NCBI GenBank assembly: GCA_963663405.2
Contig: CAXXSM010000057.1
Location: 1-64,000 of the forward strand
From: a bacterium
GTDB lineage: Bacteria > Hinthialibacterota > Hinthialibacteria > Hinthialibacterales > Hinthialibacteraceae
Length of the DNA: 64,000 nt
Reading direction: 5' to 3'
The notes beneath the pieces were generated by a model, which made no database searches, had not been told where the DNA came from, and saw only the letters and a program-made list of their open reading frames with translations. This document shows, piece by piece, positions 10,891 through 22,414 of this stretch; positions within the stretch are counted from its first letter, which is position 1; every line of letters starts with the position of its first letter. A program made the position numbers and the translations under genes.

Positions 10891-13437
10891 TTATTCCTGC
10901 GCCGCTCTTTTCATCTCCGCATGAAAGGCTTCGCGGTGAGTTTTACCACTTTCGGCGTAGTGGGTGATTCCTTCGCGTTGGGTGATTTCGGTGAACTTTT
11001 TGTAGGTTAAATCGCGTATGGACTCGTTCGGGAAGCGTTTGCATTTTAGATAGAGCAGGGGCAGACGGGCCACTTCAACGCGTTTTTTGATATCCTCGTT
11101 ATTCGCCACGATTTCGGCTTTGTCAAAAATCAAATCGGCCTGATGGATGAACTCCTCGGAAAATAGAGGATCGTCAGGTTGGAGACCGAGATGGATGTGT
11201 GTGTCCGGGGTGAGTTGGTTGTGAAGCAAATCGAAATACTGGCGGATGTATTGCCCGCTTCGTCCGTAATAGCCATACATGAAATCATCGATCACCGCTT
11301 CAGTGTCACAATCTGGATTCCATAGAAGTTTAGCGAGTAGGTACATACGCAGTTCGGCGAATTCACCGCCCCGGCTTTGGTAGGCGGCCTGTTCCATAAT
11401 GCCGATCGCGTTGTATTTACGGAAAAATTGCAGATTCGGCTGCAATACGCGGAAATTCGGGTAAGGCATGACGTAGTGTGAGAAATTGACAACGTAATCC
11501 CAAATATAGAGATGCGGCGCGATAGCGGCCCAGCCTTGGATATCTTTCACGAACGATTCATTCTCCGGACAATGTATGAAATCATGCGCGAAACAACATT
11601 CAATGCTGCACAGGCGGATCACGACATTCTTGCGTGGGCGAAGCGTTTTACACGGTTTTCGTGTATATTGATATGCGAGCGTTCCGATGAATTTGTCAGG
11701 AAATTCCTTCTCGACCGCTTCCGCGACTTGGTTGACGAACCAGATAACCGGTCCTGATTCGCTTTCTTCGCGTTTCGCGATAGCTTGACAGCGGGGGCAT
11801 TGGCAGGGGTTGGCCCAATCATTTTGGGAAACCGAGTAAATCAAGTATTCGGGACTTTCGCGCATGCGTTTCTTGATACGTTCGGTGATGATTCGCAGCA
11901 CGTCCGGATTTGTGAGACAGAGTTGGGCGCGGTTATGAACGCGCTTGCCATCGATTAGGCTGTAGTATTCGGGATGTTCGTCGAAGAATTCCGATGGGGG
12001 CATTAGGGGATAAAAGGTATGAACGGCCCAATAGCACTCCAAGCCACCCGGTTGTTCGCGATAGTTCATCGCTCCGTTCACCCGGTTTCTCGCCGCCCAG
12101 ATCGGTTCAAAGGCTTCGTAATAAAAATCATTGCGCACCCGGATTCCCGGTGATTCGGTGTGATGGAGATCGTGATATGAGTACGAATCTCGTTTAGGGA
12201 TGACGGAAACGCTGGGCGTATACCAGCGGCAGCCGAATTCGTTTTCCAAGAAAGACATCACTCCATAGATCGTTCCACGCAGGCATCCCCCATAGATGAC
12301 AATCGAAGCGCCTGTGTTGAAATACTGAAACGATTCATCCATATCGGCAGGCGCCGTTGTCTCATTCCCCAAAATCTCTTTTGTATGACTATTGAATCCA
12401 ACGATAATCTCCTTGGATTGACGAGGTGTGGAATCGTTCCGGATAGGAAATTCCGCTCCACTGATTTCTTTGAGCCAACGTTGTAATTCTTTGACGGCCC
12501 ATTGTTCGGACTCTGGGGCGTCTTCTCCAATGATGATGGAATAATCCGTTGCGCCATTTTGGAAGAGAGTGTAATCGATACGCCGGCCGATGGAGAATGG
12601 GATGGAGAGTTGATGTTCGGTGCTGTCTATCATCGTAACGGTGAGTTGAAGGTTGTATTCGCCATAGGTGTTGGATTCAATCTCGATTGGGATTTCCTTA
12701 GTTCCAGTCCATTTCTTTTTCCATATTGGCATATCAAGATCGCGGGTGGAGAAGGCTTCGATTTGCGCTTCTTTCACGATTTTTCCGATAAGCGCTTCCG
12801 AGCCCGTAAATCGAAGTGTGGCGTTTCCTTCTTTATCATTGATGACGCGGAAAAGAGTTTGGTCTTTGTTCAAGTACTTTTTGTCATATGGAAGCAGGCG
12901 GCAAGAGAAAGCCCAAATGTTTTCCGTCTCCGCGATTTTTAGCAAAAGCGTGTTGCGGCCTTTGCGTAAGACGACGGGGATTGTGTCGTCATCCAAGCGC
13001 AATCCCCGGCTGACTGGGAGATCGAGAATCTCCTCTCCATTCAACCAGACTCGCGCGCCGTCATTGCTGCCTAGCGCTAAGATACAGGGGCGTTCGGATG
13101 AGGATTGAATCTCGCAATAGGCGTAGGCGAGAACGAAGGGATCTTGGGAGACCGCTTGGTCCAGATAAATTGCATTACTATCAGATTCGTATTCAATCCA
13201 GTCATCGTCAATGCGGGGATTTATCTCTCCACCGTGATTTTTAAGATAATCGATATAGAAACCCGATTGATTCCGGTCCAATTTTTCATACGTTTCCTGT
13301 GGATTGGGGAATGGGCCGCAGAGGAGCCAGCTACGGAAGTAGGTGGAAGATGGTTCGCCATCGTATATTGGCGTTCCAGCGGCTGTGCTGAGGGCGAATG
13401 TTATTAACATCAAGTGTAGGAGATAGATCTTTTTCAT
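10891..13437 (-). CDS. Secreted DUF4838 domain protein with N-terminal carbohydrate-binding-like module
   Basis: Signal peptide; WLLCGPF and GSNDGARVWLNG module; GTIYGVMSFLE..GCRW, HPEYYSLIDG, QLCLTNPDV, CQCPRC, LAYQY, LLWNP. Confidence 0.88.
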   Translation of the reverse strand: MKKIYLLHLMLITFALSTAAGTPIYDGEPSSTYFRSWLLCGPFPNPQETYEKLDRNQSGFYIDYLKNHGGEINPRIDDDWIEYESDSNAIYLDQAVSQDPFVLAYAYCEIQSSSERPCILALGSNDGARVWLNGEEILDLPVSRGLRLDDDTIPVVLRKGRNTLLLKIAETENIWAFSCRLLPYDKKYLNKDQTLFRVINDKEGNATLRFTGSEALIGKIVKEAQIEAFSTRDLDMPIWKKKWTGTKEIPIEIESNTYGEYNLQLTVTMIDSTEHQLSIPFSIGRRIDYTLFQNGATDYSIIIGEDAPESEQWAVKELQRWLKEISGAEFPIRNDSTPRQSKEIIVGFNSHTKEILGNETTAPADMDESFQYFNTGASIVIYGGCLRGTIYGVMSFLENEFGCRWYTPSVSVIPKRDSYSYHDLHHTESPGIRVRNDFYYEAFEPIWAARNRVNGAMNYREQPGGLECYWAVHTFYPLMPPSEFFDEHPEYYSLIDGKRVHNRAQLCLTNPDVLRIITERIKKRMRESPEYLIYSVSQNDWANPCQCPRCQAIAKREESESGPVIWFVNQVAEAVEKEFPDKFIGTLAYQYTRKPCKTLRPRKNVVIRLCSIECCFAHDFIHCPENESFVKDIQGWAAIAPHLYIWDYVVNFSHYVMPYPNFRVLQPNLQFFRKYNAIGIMEQAAYQSRGGEFAELRMYLLAKLLWNPDCDTEAVIDDFMYGYYGRSGQYIRQYFDLLHNQLTPDTHIHLGLQPDDPLFSEEFIHQADLIFDKAEIVANNEDIKKRVEVARLPLLYLKCKRFPNESIRDLTYKKFTEITQREGITHYAESGKTHREAFHAEMKRAAQE

Positions 13438-13577
13438 TGGGGTGTCCTTTCAACACGATTTTGTTTGGAAAGGATAGTATAGAGCTCGTTGGGATTTGTT
13501 TTTAGATTGGGGGAGGGTGTTTTTGTCTGAACCTTGATTGTCAGGATTGAAGGATGGCCAGGATATTTTTGGAAGAA

Positions 13578-16500
13578 TTACCGGATGGAGACTTGTTTTG
13601 AATCTTCCCGGAGAACCTCTACAAAGTTGAGGAGAGGCGCTTCTTCTGGTCTCGGTGAATCCTTTTTGGGGATTAATTCAAGAGTGAGATCGTCTTTGAC
13701 TTGTATGTTGTTGAATTCTTTGATAATGGCTTTGTTGTTCGTTCCAGCGATTTGGTGGATATCGCAATTCGTTTGCACGATATCATCTTGGATTTTTATA
13801 TCAAAAATACGCTGTCCTGGTTTGTCGCCGGGCATGGCTTTGAATCCCAGGCGGACAGTGTAGGCTTTGGGGGCTTCTTCAGCGTTGTTATCAAGAAGCG
13901 GGAGTTTGCAGCGCAGCAATCCAAGACACCCGGAGGCGAAGAGCCAGGGTTTATCCGTTCCATCGATTGTTACGCCTTTAAAATCATTACGGTAATAGCC
14001 CATACCGGATAGGGTTTTGTCAAATAGATTGAACTTGACTCCATAATTGGGGAAATGTGTGTAGGACCGGGTGTTGGGACTGGGATAGCTGAACCAGACG
14101 GTTCCTTCGTCATCCTTCATATCCGCGGCGGCGCCAAGATTAAGGGCGAGATGCTTGACGGGCCGCAATTCGCCGGGAGTGACAAAGACGGTCCAGGGCT
14201 GATGCCGGTCGGATTTGCGGATCATCGCCAACGAGCAGCGGATTGGATAGGAGCATGTGCATCCCGCCGCCGCTTCTTGAGAGAGAAGCACGCCGCAGGC
14301 GGGGATGACGCTAATCGCGCAGCCGGGACGATAACCGCCGAAGAGGGTGACGCCACGATCTTTTTCCAGATCGTAAAATGCGGTGCAGGCCGAACGGTAA
14401 AAGAGACCGTTCGAAGAAGCGGCGGTGATCCCGCACGTATGGCCGGGGCGTAAGAATTCCCACGGGACCGGTTCGCCGGTGACGGGATGGGCGCGGGTGA
14501 TGGTTTCTCCTGTGTATAAATCACAGGCGCGTGGTTCGAGGATAATCTGATCCCCGACGATGACCGGCCGTGTGCGGTAATTCAGGGCGCGGGACCAGCG
14601 GAGATTACCCGAATCGGCGTCGAGGGCTGTGATGCGGCGCCATTTCAAGCCGCCTTCACGGAAGCGCCATGCGTCGTGGTTGCCGTGATTGCCGAAGAAG
14701 AAGAGAAGTCCGTCCTTGTACGCGGCTCCCATCCGGTCACCACAGCAACCGGTGAGATCGTATGGTTTTTCCCACAATTTGTCTCCTGTGCGAGCGTCAA
14801 TCGCAGTAACAATTCGGATATCGGCGTCATCGTAGGTAAGTCCGCCATCGGGAACTTTCTCTTGATAGAGTTCGGCTTCTAAAGAATCAATTAAATAAGT
14901 AAGTTGCGTTTTGTTGAACGCTTTCCCGGACGCGAGTTTATCGGCGTATTCTTTCTTCATGGCTCGCAATTCTTCGAGAACGCCTTCCCGTTCTTTATAG
15001 GAGCCTTCTTTGATGAGGCGGCGTTTATTTTCAAGCGCTTGGTTTCTTTGGGATTTTGACACGGCGGCGTCCGCGAAAAAGATTTTTCCATCGCCGTAGG
15101 CGATTGTGATATTGGCGATCTTCTCTCCATCCAACGTCCACCGGATTTCGCCAGTTTCCGTATCCATAGCGAAGATTTGATCGCAGATCATAAGACTGTC
15201 TGTCACAGCGTTTTTCTGTGTAAACTCTCCACCAACGCCGAAGGATGTCATCATCCGGTATAAGGCGCCCGATCTCTGGGCGGCCATTTGCACGTCTTTC
15301 GCCGTGGGGTATTGTTTTTTGTAGGCTTCATAAAAACCTTTGTATTCCTCTGGTATCTCATCGATTGTTTTCCATTCCCCATTTTCAATAAACGCTTTGA
15401 CCAGCGCGCCGTATTCTTCGTTCATCGCTTTCGCGGCAGAACCATAGAGGACACCGTCCACAACGGATAAATAGCCCCAGCGCCGCTTGATTCCATCGGA
15501 CGAGGGGGGAATTTTATATATTCGTATGGTTTCGCCTGTCGCTGGGTCTAAGCGATAGCATTGATCGAAGGCGGCGGTGTATAAGCCATTTTCCGTGATG
15601 ACAAGGTTGCCGCTGTCGGCTTTGATCTTGACGCGTACCGCGCCGGGGATTTCTCGTTTCCAGATCAAAGTTCCGTTGAAAGCGTCGGCGCACATAATAA
15701 GTTCTTCGCCTTCCATAAAGAGGCGTCCATTCATGGCGACGGGGCTTTGGGCTCTAGCGTGCCGTTCAACCATCCCTAGAGGTCCGGGTTCGCCGAACCA
15801 GAGCATGCCCAATGGACCGTTGACACGTTCATCCATGGAACAGGCGGTGTTTTCGGGATCGCAGTACTGTTGTCTCCACGATCCAGCGCCCGGCAATTCT
15901 CCACGAACGTATTTTCTCCATACCCGTTCGCCGTTTTCATGCGAGCAGAGGCAAACCGTTCCACCCCACGGGCGGAGAAGACGATAGCTATTATCTCGAT
16001 TCATTGTTGGCTCATTGGGAAAAAGCATGGCGTCGGATACGATTAAATTGGCGAAATAATCTGGAAGTGTTTCGAATTCCCACGGTTCGACGACAATGCG
16101 TGAACCATAGAAACCGGCGGATTCGAGATAGTTCCGCGCCGTTTCCCGTTTGACGGGATCTTTTTCGAGACCGATAATTTGAAGATTCGTCCGTTTGGCG
16201 AGTTCATACGCGAGGCGCCCTTCACCGCAATCGAGAACGAGGCAGTATCCCTTTGTGATACCACTGTCCGAAAGGATTTGTTCCGCGGCTTGTTGATAGA
16301 TTGGCGCGCGTTCGTCATTTGGATAGGGATTCGTGTTTACAATAGGTTTAATTTCTTTGGCGGCGTCTGTTTTTGTGTCTCCGTAGCAATAGATTTGACC
16401 TTGGTCACTACTCACAATAAGGCGGTTATTGGAGACAGCCATTCCAGCAGCCTTGCCTTGGATATCACTTTTCCAGAATTCTTTCCCTGTCACCTTGTCT

Positions 16501-17843
16501 AATCCAATGACTTTCCCTTCGGCGCCGATGAAGACACTATCGCCCGCCAGGATCAGTGAACAAAAGTTTTCACCAGCATAGTTCCAGAGAAGAGTGGAAT
16601 TTTTTACACGCTGTTGTTCCGCGTCGACTTGATTGATTTTCAGAGTTAATTCCTGGACTCGTTCGTTGATTACCTTCTTGGCGCTCTCATCGGCGGAACG
16701 GAGATTTCTACTTTGAGTGGAAAGTTCGCTCGCAAGCGTATTCTGTTCATTCGAAAGTTCATCGTATCGTTCCACCGCTTCGGCGTAGGCTTTCCGATTA
16801 ATCGCAACGGCGCCGTTTCGGTTTAATATGTAGGAGACCTCGCGCGTGACGATTAAGTCGACGCCGGGAAACATGGCGAAGACATTCTGGCGGCGGGCGC
16901 CGGTTTTGGCGTCGTAAGCGGCTTTGTGGGGAACACCTGAATAATCGACGCCGGCGATCAATCGATCTTCATCCAGCAAAGCCCAAACACCACCGCGTTT
17001 CGCGCCAGGGGAAGCGAAAAAGAGAAAACGCCCGGTACGGCGATCGAAGGCGGCGGGCATCGCGCGGCTGGAGGGAACATATAACACGTCGTTGGAAGCG
17101 AGCATGTAACCATGTGGAGAGATGCCGCCAAATTCCAATTCATGGGCGCTGTCGCCGATTGTGTCGTTTATCCATACTTCCTCACCATCATCGGCCCGCA
17201 GCGCGCAGATGTACAATCCTTCATAAGGGAAGACGCCCGCTGCGAAGTAGACAATACCATCATCGACCAATACGTTTGTTCTAACGGGCCAGAGTGAGAT
17301 CATTCGTCCATTGCCGATGACTTTTTCTTCGCTGGGAGCGGCTCGATATTTCCAGATCAGAGAACCGTCTTCATCGTCGAGACAGTAGACGAAACCGTCA
17401 TCGGACCCGGCGAAAATCTTGTTTTCATAAACGGTAGGCGCGAAACGGACCGGGCCCTGTGTAGCGAATGTCCAGCGGACTTCACCACTGGCCGCATCGA
17501 GCGCGTAGATTTTATTCGTCACGCAGGAGCCAAAAAAAACACGGTCTCCGGCGATGACGGTGTGATACGCGTTATCGACGTGGGTGCGGGGTAGTTCCTC
17601 CGACGGCATCGGCCAGGCGGGTTTTGGAGGATGGACTGGTATATATGTCCATTGGGGATAGAGTAGACGGTTGATGGAATCATGGGAGATTCCGCTTCGG
17701 GTATTGTCCGCTCTATACGTTGTCCAATCCGCAGCGATCCCGGTGATACAATGTACCCACAATAAGAGGAAACAGAAAAGAACAGTGGATACTCTAACAA
17801 TCCATTTCGTTTTTGTTTTTGCATTACGCCATTCCCGATTCAC
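13578..17843 (-). CDS. PQQ-like beta-propeller repeat protein with SAM-methyltransferase-like insert and C-terminal malectin-like domain
   Basis: DWTTYRADNTRSG and repeated YALDA..GE..W; LVLDCGEGRLA (MTase motif I-like); C-terminal YTVRLGF..RIFDIKIQ..LLNFVEV. Confidence 0.88.
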   Translation of the reverse strand: MNREWRNAKTKTKWIVRVSTVLFCFLLLWVHCITGIAADWTTYRADNTRSGISHDSINRLLYPQWTYIPVHPPKPAWPMPSEELPRTHVDNAYHTVIAGDRVFFGSCVTNKIYALDAASGEVRWTFATQGPVRFAPTVYENKIFAGSDDGFVYCLDDEDGSLIWKYRAAPSEEKVIGNGRMISLWPVRTNVLVDDGIVYFAAGVFPYEGLYICALRADDGEEVWINDTIGDSAHELEFGGISPHGYMLASNDVLYVPSSRAMPAAFDRRTGRFLFFASPGAKRGGVWALLDEDRLIAGVDYSGVPHKAAYDAKTGARRQNVFAMFPGVDLIVTREVSYILNRNGAVAINRKAYAEAVERYDELSNEQNTLASELSTQSRNLRSADESAKKVINERVQELTLKINQVDAEQQRVKNSTLLWNYAGENFCSLILAGDSVFIGAEGKVIGLDKVTGKEFWKSDIQGKAAGMAVSNNRLIVSSDQGQIYCYGDTKTDAAKEIKPIVNTNPYPNDERAPIYQQAAEQILSDSGITKGYCLVLDCGEGRLAYELAKRTNLQIIGLEKDPVKRETARNYLESAGFYGSRIVVEPWEFETLPDYFANLIVSDAMLFPNEPTMNRDNSYRLLRPWGGTVCLCSHENGERVWRKYVRGELPGAGSWRQQYCDPENTACSMDERVNGPLGMLWFGEPGPLGMVERHARAQSPVAMNGRLFMEGEELIMCADAFNGTLIWKREIPGAVRVKIKADSGNLVITENGLYTAAFDQCYRLDPATGETIRIYKIPPSSDGIKRRWGYLSVVDGVLYGSAAKAMNEEYGALVKAFIENGEWKTIDEIPEEYKGFYEAYKKQYPTAKDVQMAAQRSGALYRMMTSFGVGGEFTQKNAVTDSLMICDQIFAMDTETGEIRWTLDGEKIANITIAYGDGKIFFADAAVSKSQRNQALENKRRLIKEGSYKEREGVLEELRAMKKEYADKLASGKAFNKTQLTYLIDSLEAELYQEKVPDGGLTYDDADIRIVTAIDARTGDKLWEKPYDLTGCCGDRMGAAYKDGLLFFFGNHGNHDAWRFREGGLKWRRITALDADSGNLRWSRALNYRTRPVIVGDQIILEPRACDLYTGETITRAHPVTGEPVPWEFLRPGHTCGITAASSNGLFYRSACTAFYDLEKDRGVTLFGGYRPGCAISVIPACGVLLSQEAAAGCTCSYPIRCSLAMIRKSDRHQPWTVFVTPGELRPVKHLALNLGAAADMKDDEGTVWFSYPSPNTRSYTHFPNYGVKFNLFDKTLSGMGYYRNDFKGVTIDGTDKPWLFASGCLGLLRCKLPLLDNNAEEAPKAYTVRLGFKAMPGDKPGQRIFDIKIQDDIVQTNCDIHQIAGTNNKAIIKEFNNIQVKDDLTLELIPKKDSPRPEEAPLLNFVEVLREDSKQVSIR

Positions 17844-18022
17844 AGTTACACTCCTTTTACAAAGAATTAGAACACTATATGCATTACATTTAATTCATTG
17901 ATTGCTTTCATTCCTTTAAATCTGGTAAGATAAAACGATCGTAAGGAATGCTCTACCTGAATGGAGAGGATACCCAGGATTTGAATGATCATTTTGGAAT
18001 CGTTGTATTTATTTTTTATTCA

Positions 18023-18066
18023 CGGACGAGACGCCCGCGTTCCATTGACGGGATACCCGCGTTCTA
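18023..18066. repeat. Two degenerate tandem REP-like units
   Basis: CGGACGAGACGCCCGCGTTCCA and TGACGGGATACCCGCGTTCTA just downstream of the pilin gene. The first forms an imperfect CGGACG-AGA-CGCCCG hairpin. Confidence 0.5.
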
Positions 18067-18074
18067 AAAGAGTT

Positions 18075-18704
18075 TTAAAACGTTGAGCTCCAACCCGCTT
18101 TGTAATACTGTTCAAAATATTCCGTTCCCCCGCCTTTGCGGAATTCCCAAATATACCATAAATCGCCATTGCTGACGACGCCGTTGGTGGGATGGTACGT
18201 GGCGGGGCCTTGGCTGCGGTGCCAATCGCCGCTGTCGCCGTCTGGACCCGTCGCGCAAAGCAAACCCCATCCACCATTCGCATTCGAACAATCATAATCT
18301 TCGTAGGAGTAGAACAAGCCATTCGCGAAGGGATCAATGGGGATGGAGGTGAGATAGGCGATGGGAGTAGTGAGAGGGCGGTAGATCTGCCCATTGAACC
18401 GCATTGTTCCCTGTCCGGCGACCATAACGATATTCGCTTGTTCAGCGGTCTTTCCAAAATAATCCCCATCCATGCAGCATTCTTCTGTACCATCGCAGTC
18501 GTTTCCATCGATCAGCCAGATATTTCTATCGAGGTGAAGCATTTCAGTAGCGTTCAATATCGTACGCATATCGGCTTGCGAGCGTGCGATTCTTGCGCGG
18601 ATTTGAGCGTTGAGAAAATTGGGGACAGCGATCGCCGCCAGGATGCCAATGATAGCGACCACGATGAGAAGTTCGATCAGAGTGAAGCCTTTGCGCTGAA
18701 TCAT
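18075..18704 (-). CDS. Prepilin-type N-terminal cleavage/methylation domain protein (type IV pilin/pseudopilin-like)
   Basis: KGFTLIELLIVVAIIGILAAIAVPNF class III signal with E+5; LTTPIAYL..IPIDPF, GPDGD and YHPTNG..SNGD motifs. Confidence 0.93.
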   Translation of the reverse strand: MIQRKGFTLIELLIVVAIIGILAAIAVPNFLNAQIRARIARSQADMRTILNATEMLHLDRNIWLIDGNDCDGTEECCMDGDYFGKTAEQANIVMVAGQGTMRFNGQIYRPLTTPIAYLTSIPIDPFANGLFYSYEDYDCSNANGGWGLLCATGPDGDSGDWHRSQGPATYHPTNGVVSNGDLWYIWEFRKGGGTEYFEQYYKAGWSSTF

Positions 18705-18753
18705 TGCACTCAGTTCCTTTCTAGTACCGATTCAAGAAAATTCTTCTCTATGT

Positions 18754-18782
18754 AGATTACAGCCATATTTTCAATTTCGCAA
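18754..18782 (-). promoter_or_regulatory. Candidate sigma70 promoter for the prepilin gene
   Basis: Minus-strand TTGCGA-N17-TAATCT about 50 nt upstream of the start. Confidence 0.35.
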
Positions 18783-19202
18783 TTCTACTTTGTTTTTATT
18801 AGTAGGGTATTAAACTCATGGCTGAAGATTATTAGGTTTTTCTTTACTCATCGGCCATTAGCGGATGGTTAAAATAATCGTCCATCTTTTTGAAGTGTCA
18901 TTTGATTATCCTCCAGTTCAAGGGATATCACACACTCAGCTTTCTTCCCACTCAACGAGAAGCCAATTTTATTAAAGCCTTCATAATGAGAGGTATTACT
19001 GCTTGAATGACATCCAGAGCGGTTTCATTCATGGGGAAGGGGATCCTATGATATAACATTAATATTTATAATCGTTTATCGGTTGTCTGATTGATGATTG
19101 AACTCTGCGCAAGACCTTTGATGATAGATGGCGCCGGAAGAAAAAATTTTTCCAATCAGTGGATATTGTGAAGGGCCTGGAATACGAAAGGAACGGAGGA
19201 GA

Positions 19203-22200
19203 ATGCGAAAGTTCGTATCAGTTGTGAGTTTTATGGTCTTTGTAGTGACGTATGGGACGGTCTATGCAGGTGATGTTGAACGACTCGCGCTTTGGCCGGA
19301 GATGGAGGCATGGCTGGAAGGCGAAGGCCAGGGATTTATCGTGCCCACCATTGAAACAACGGATTGGATTGGCTTTGTCAGTGAAGGAAACCGGATTCGT
19401 GGACTCGACACGGGCCACAGTTTCCGTTATGTGTTTGACCGTCAGGGGACGTTTTACTTAGGCGTGATTCTAATCGATGATCCCGATGGCGTTGAAAGCC
19501 TCAAGGTGTCTTTCAAGGGACGCGAAATCGGCATCATTTACGGTAAAGATGACAATGGCAAGGCTCTCTACAGTTTCTCTGAACCTCTAACAGTAAAACC
19601 GGGCGACGCGCTCGATTTTGTCTGCCTCACCCCGGTGGGCTGTTACCGAATCTATGACCTGGTCTTTGCGAAACAGCCCATTTTACCGCCCAGGCCGGAA
19701 TTTAGATTCATTGAAACCTGGTGTACAACGCCGGGGAATATAGATATCTGCTGGACAACAACCGGTATTGTGAAAACAGGGCGCTTGGAATATGAGAGCG
19801 CAGAAATCAGATTTCAATCCGCCGTGTCACAGGCCGAAGGACGAAATCACCGAATTCGGCTAACGGGGTTGGATACCTCTGTGGAATATACAGGCCGGAT
19901 CATAACGGATTGGCAGGGAAAGGAATTTACCTCGAAGCCGTTCTCGTTCCGGGCGGCGCCCAAGAAACTGGCTTCATCCCAGCCATGCTCGATTGATCTC
20001 ATGATAGAAGAGCCGGCAGAGACCAAACGCCGCGCATGGCCCGTCACGATTGGTGTGCCTTTTTCGCGTGGGAAACTCGCGCAAGTAGAGGATTTACGCT
20101 TGTCAGATCCACAGGGTAAACCAGTCACTCTCCAAGCGTCAACCGTGTCAATTTGGGATGATGGAAGCCTTAAATGGGTCACATTGGATTTCTTGGCGGA
20201 TAGCGGTATTGACGCATACCGCTTGGAAGCAAAACCTCATGAAGCAACGCGCAACGAGAGTACGTCTAAACTTCTCACGATCGCCGAATCGAATGAAGGA
20301 TGGGATCTGTCAGCCAACGCTTTATGTTTTACAATCGCAAAGAAGGGAACAACATTCTTCGGGCAGTATGGATTCGATAAAAACCAAAATGGGGTGATTG
20401 AATCGGAGGAAATGATATCAGGCGCCTCCTCATCAGGACTCATGTTGGAAACGGGAGAGAGACAAATCCTGACCTGCGCGGCGCCAGAGGCTGTCAATGT
20501 AAGGGAGAATGGACCTGTTCGGGCAATGGTAGAGAGCGCCGGTGTGATGCAAGACTCAAACAGAGAACATGAATGGCGCTATCTGATTCGGTTTACATTC
20601 TGGCGGGGAATATCGGGTATGGCGGTCAACGTGACTTTGTGGAACGGAGAGGGAAAAACCTGCGTTCCGGAAGATCCGGCGCTTATCAGTCAATGTGCCC
20701 TTGGCTGATGATCTTGGCCTTAAGGGATCGTTTCAAGGCGAAAAACTCGCCAAGGTCACAAAAGATGTTTCGATGCGTCTTTTCCAAGATCAAGACCGCC
20801 ACTATATACAATCCATCGGCGCGGAAGAAAAAGAAGGTGAACGGGCCAGGGGATTTGTGTCAATGAGCCAAAGTTCAGGGCTGATGTCTCTGCTTTTCCG
20901 TGATTTCTGGCAAACGTATCCCAGCGCGTTGGAACTCAATACAACGGGATTGCGCGTGGATTTGCTGCCCGCTTTAGAGCCGGGCGCCTATACCGTAGAG
21001 AACGCCAATGGATGGTTCCATCGTCTATACGCATGGTTTGATGAAGGCTGCTATCTCATGCGCGCCGGACAAACCACGCAACATGAGTTTTATCTCTGGT
21101 TTGACCGCGACAACGACATTCAAAAGGCGGTCCGGCAGGCGGAGTGGTTCTCGCAACCGTTGCTGGCGCAGGCTTCACCCGAATATCTTTGTACGACAGG
21201 GGTTTTGGGAGGGGATCTGTTTCCAAAGACACCCGGTGTATGGGATTCGTATGAATCCTTTTTCGAAAGTGGATTCGCCGGATTGGTCCAAGCGCGTGAA
21301 GCGGATCGGATGTATGGGTGGATGAATTTCGGTGATTGGTATGGGGAGCGTGGATACAATGCGGGTAATAACGAATACGACCTTGCATGGTGCCTGGGCA
21401 TGCAATGGATGCGAACCGGCGGCCGGCGCTGCTTCACCCCCGGTCTTGAAATGGCTCGGCACTATGCGACTGTCGATACGATCCGGGGCGCATGGACGGA
21501 GAACCTTCCTGGTGTAGTGTGGGAACATTCCTTTAACCATGTGGGCACGCAGCGAACGCTTGATGAACTTGGTTTCGATGATCATGCGCGCAAGTACGCG
21601 GCCAGCGAGCCTGGCACTTTCCAAGGCGGTATGGATCCACAAGGCCATATCTTCGAAGATGGCGTATGGCTCTACGGCCTTCTCACGGGCGATACTTTTC
21701 TTTTGGATACGGCGGAGCGCGTGTGCTCTCGTCAAGCCGATTTCCTGACCCCCACCTTCGATTTCGAGATTGAACGCGGAGGCGGATGGCCTCTCATCAA
21801 TGCTTCCGGAGCCTATCTGTTTACAGGAAATCCCTACTATCTGAATGCGGCGCGTATCATGGTACAGCGTTGCCTCGAACGCCACGATCCCCAGCACGGC
21901 GGGTGGCCTCATGTGCCTCCTATTAACGAAACACAGGGCGCGCCTGTTGTAGGCGGAAAAGCCTTCGCTACGGGTGTTCTCAGTTATGGTTTGCTTCGCT
22001 ATCTGCATGTCGAACCCAGGGACCGGCCTGAGGTGGAGCAAATGCTGATCAACACAGCGGATTGGCTCATGAACGAGTCCTGGGAGCCGGGAAACGGTTT
22101 CAAGTATATCACGAACTCACCAACGCACGTTGGCCAGGGACATCGAGGTCATTCATGCCTTTTGAATTCCGCCATCATCGGCTACGCCTACGAAAAGACG

Positions 22201-22368
22201 GGCGACAAGAAATATCTGGAATTCTGGAATGAGATGATGGCCGGCGCCTTCGATGCTGGACTCACTGGATGGGGGAAGGAATTTTCACAGGGAAGCCGGC
22301 AAACGATATTCGGTCTTGCACGGGCTATGAGAGCGGGTATAACGGCCTGTAAATCCCTTAAGAATTAA
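19203..22368 (+). CDS. Secreted exo-rhamnogalacturonan lyase-like (PcRGLX/YetA, PL26-like) protein with N-terminal Fn3-like module; +1 frameshift at about 20654-20658
   Basis: GGAGGAG RBS and signal peptide; PVTIGVPFSRG, WDDGSLKW, ENGPVRA, RDFWQTYP, YGWMNFGD, NNEYD. An extra A in a 5-A run joins the two ORFs. Confidence 0.78.
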
Positions 22369-22414
22369 GGCGCAGATTATCGTCCACTCCTTACGGTGGG
22401 TTATTCAATCGAGT

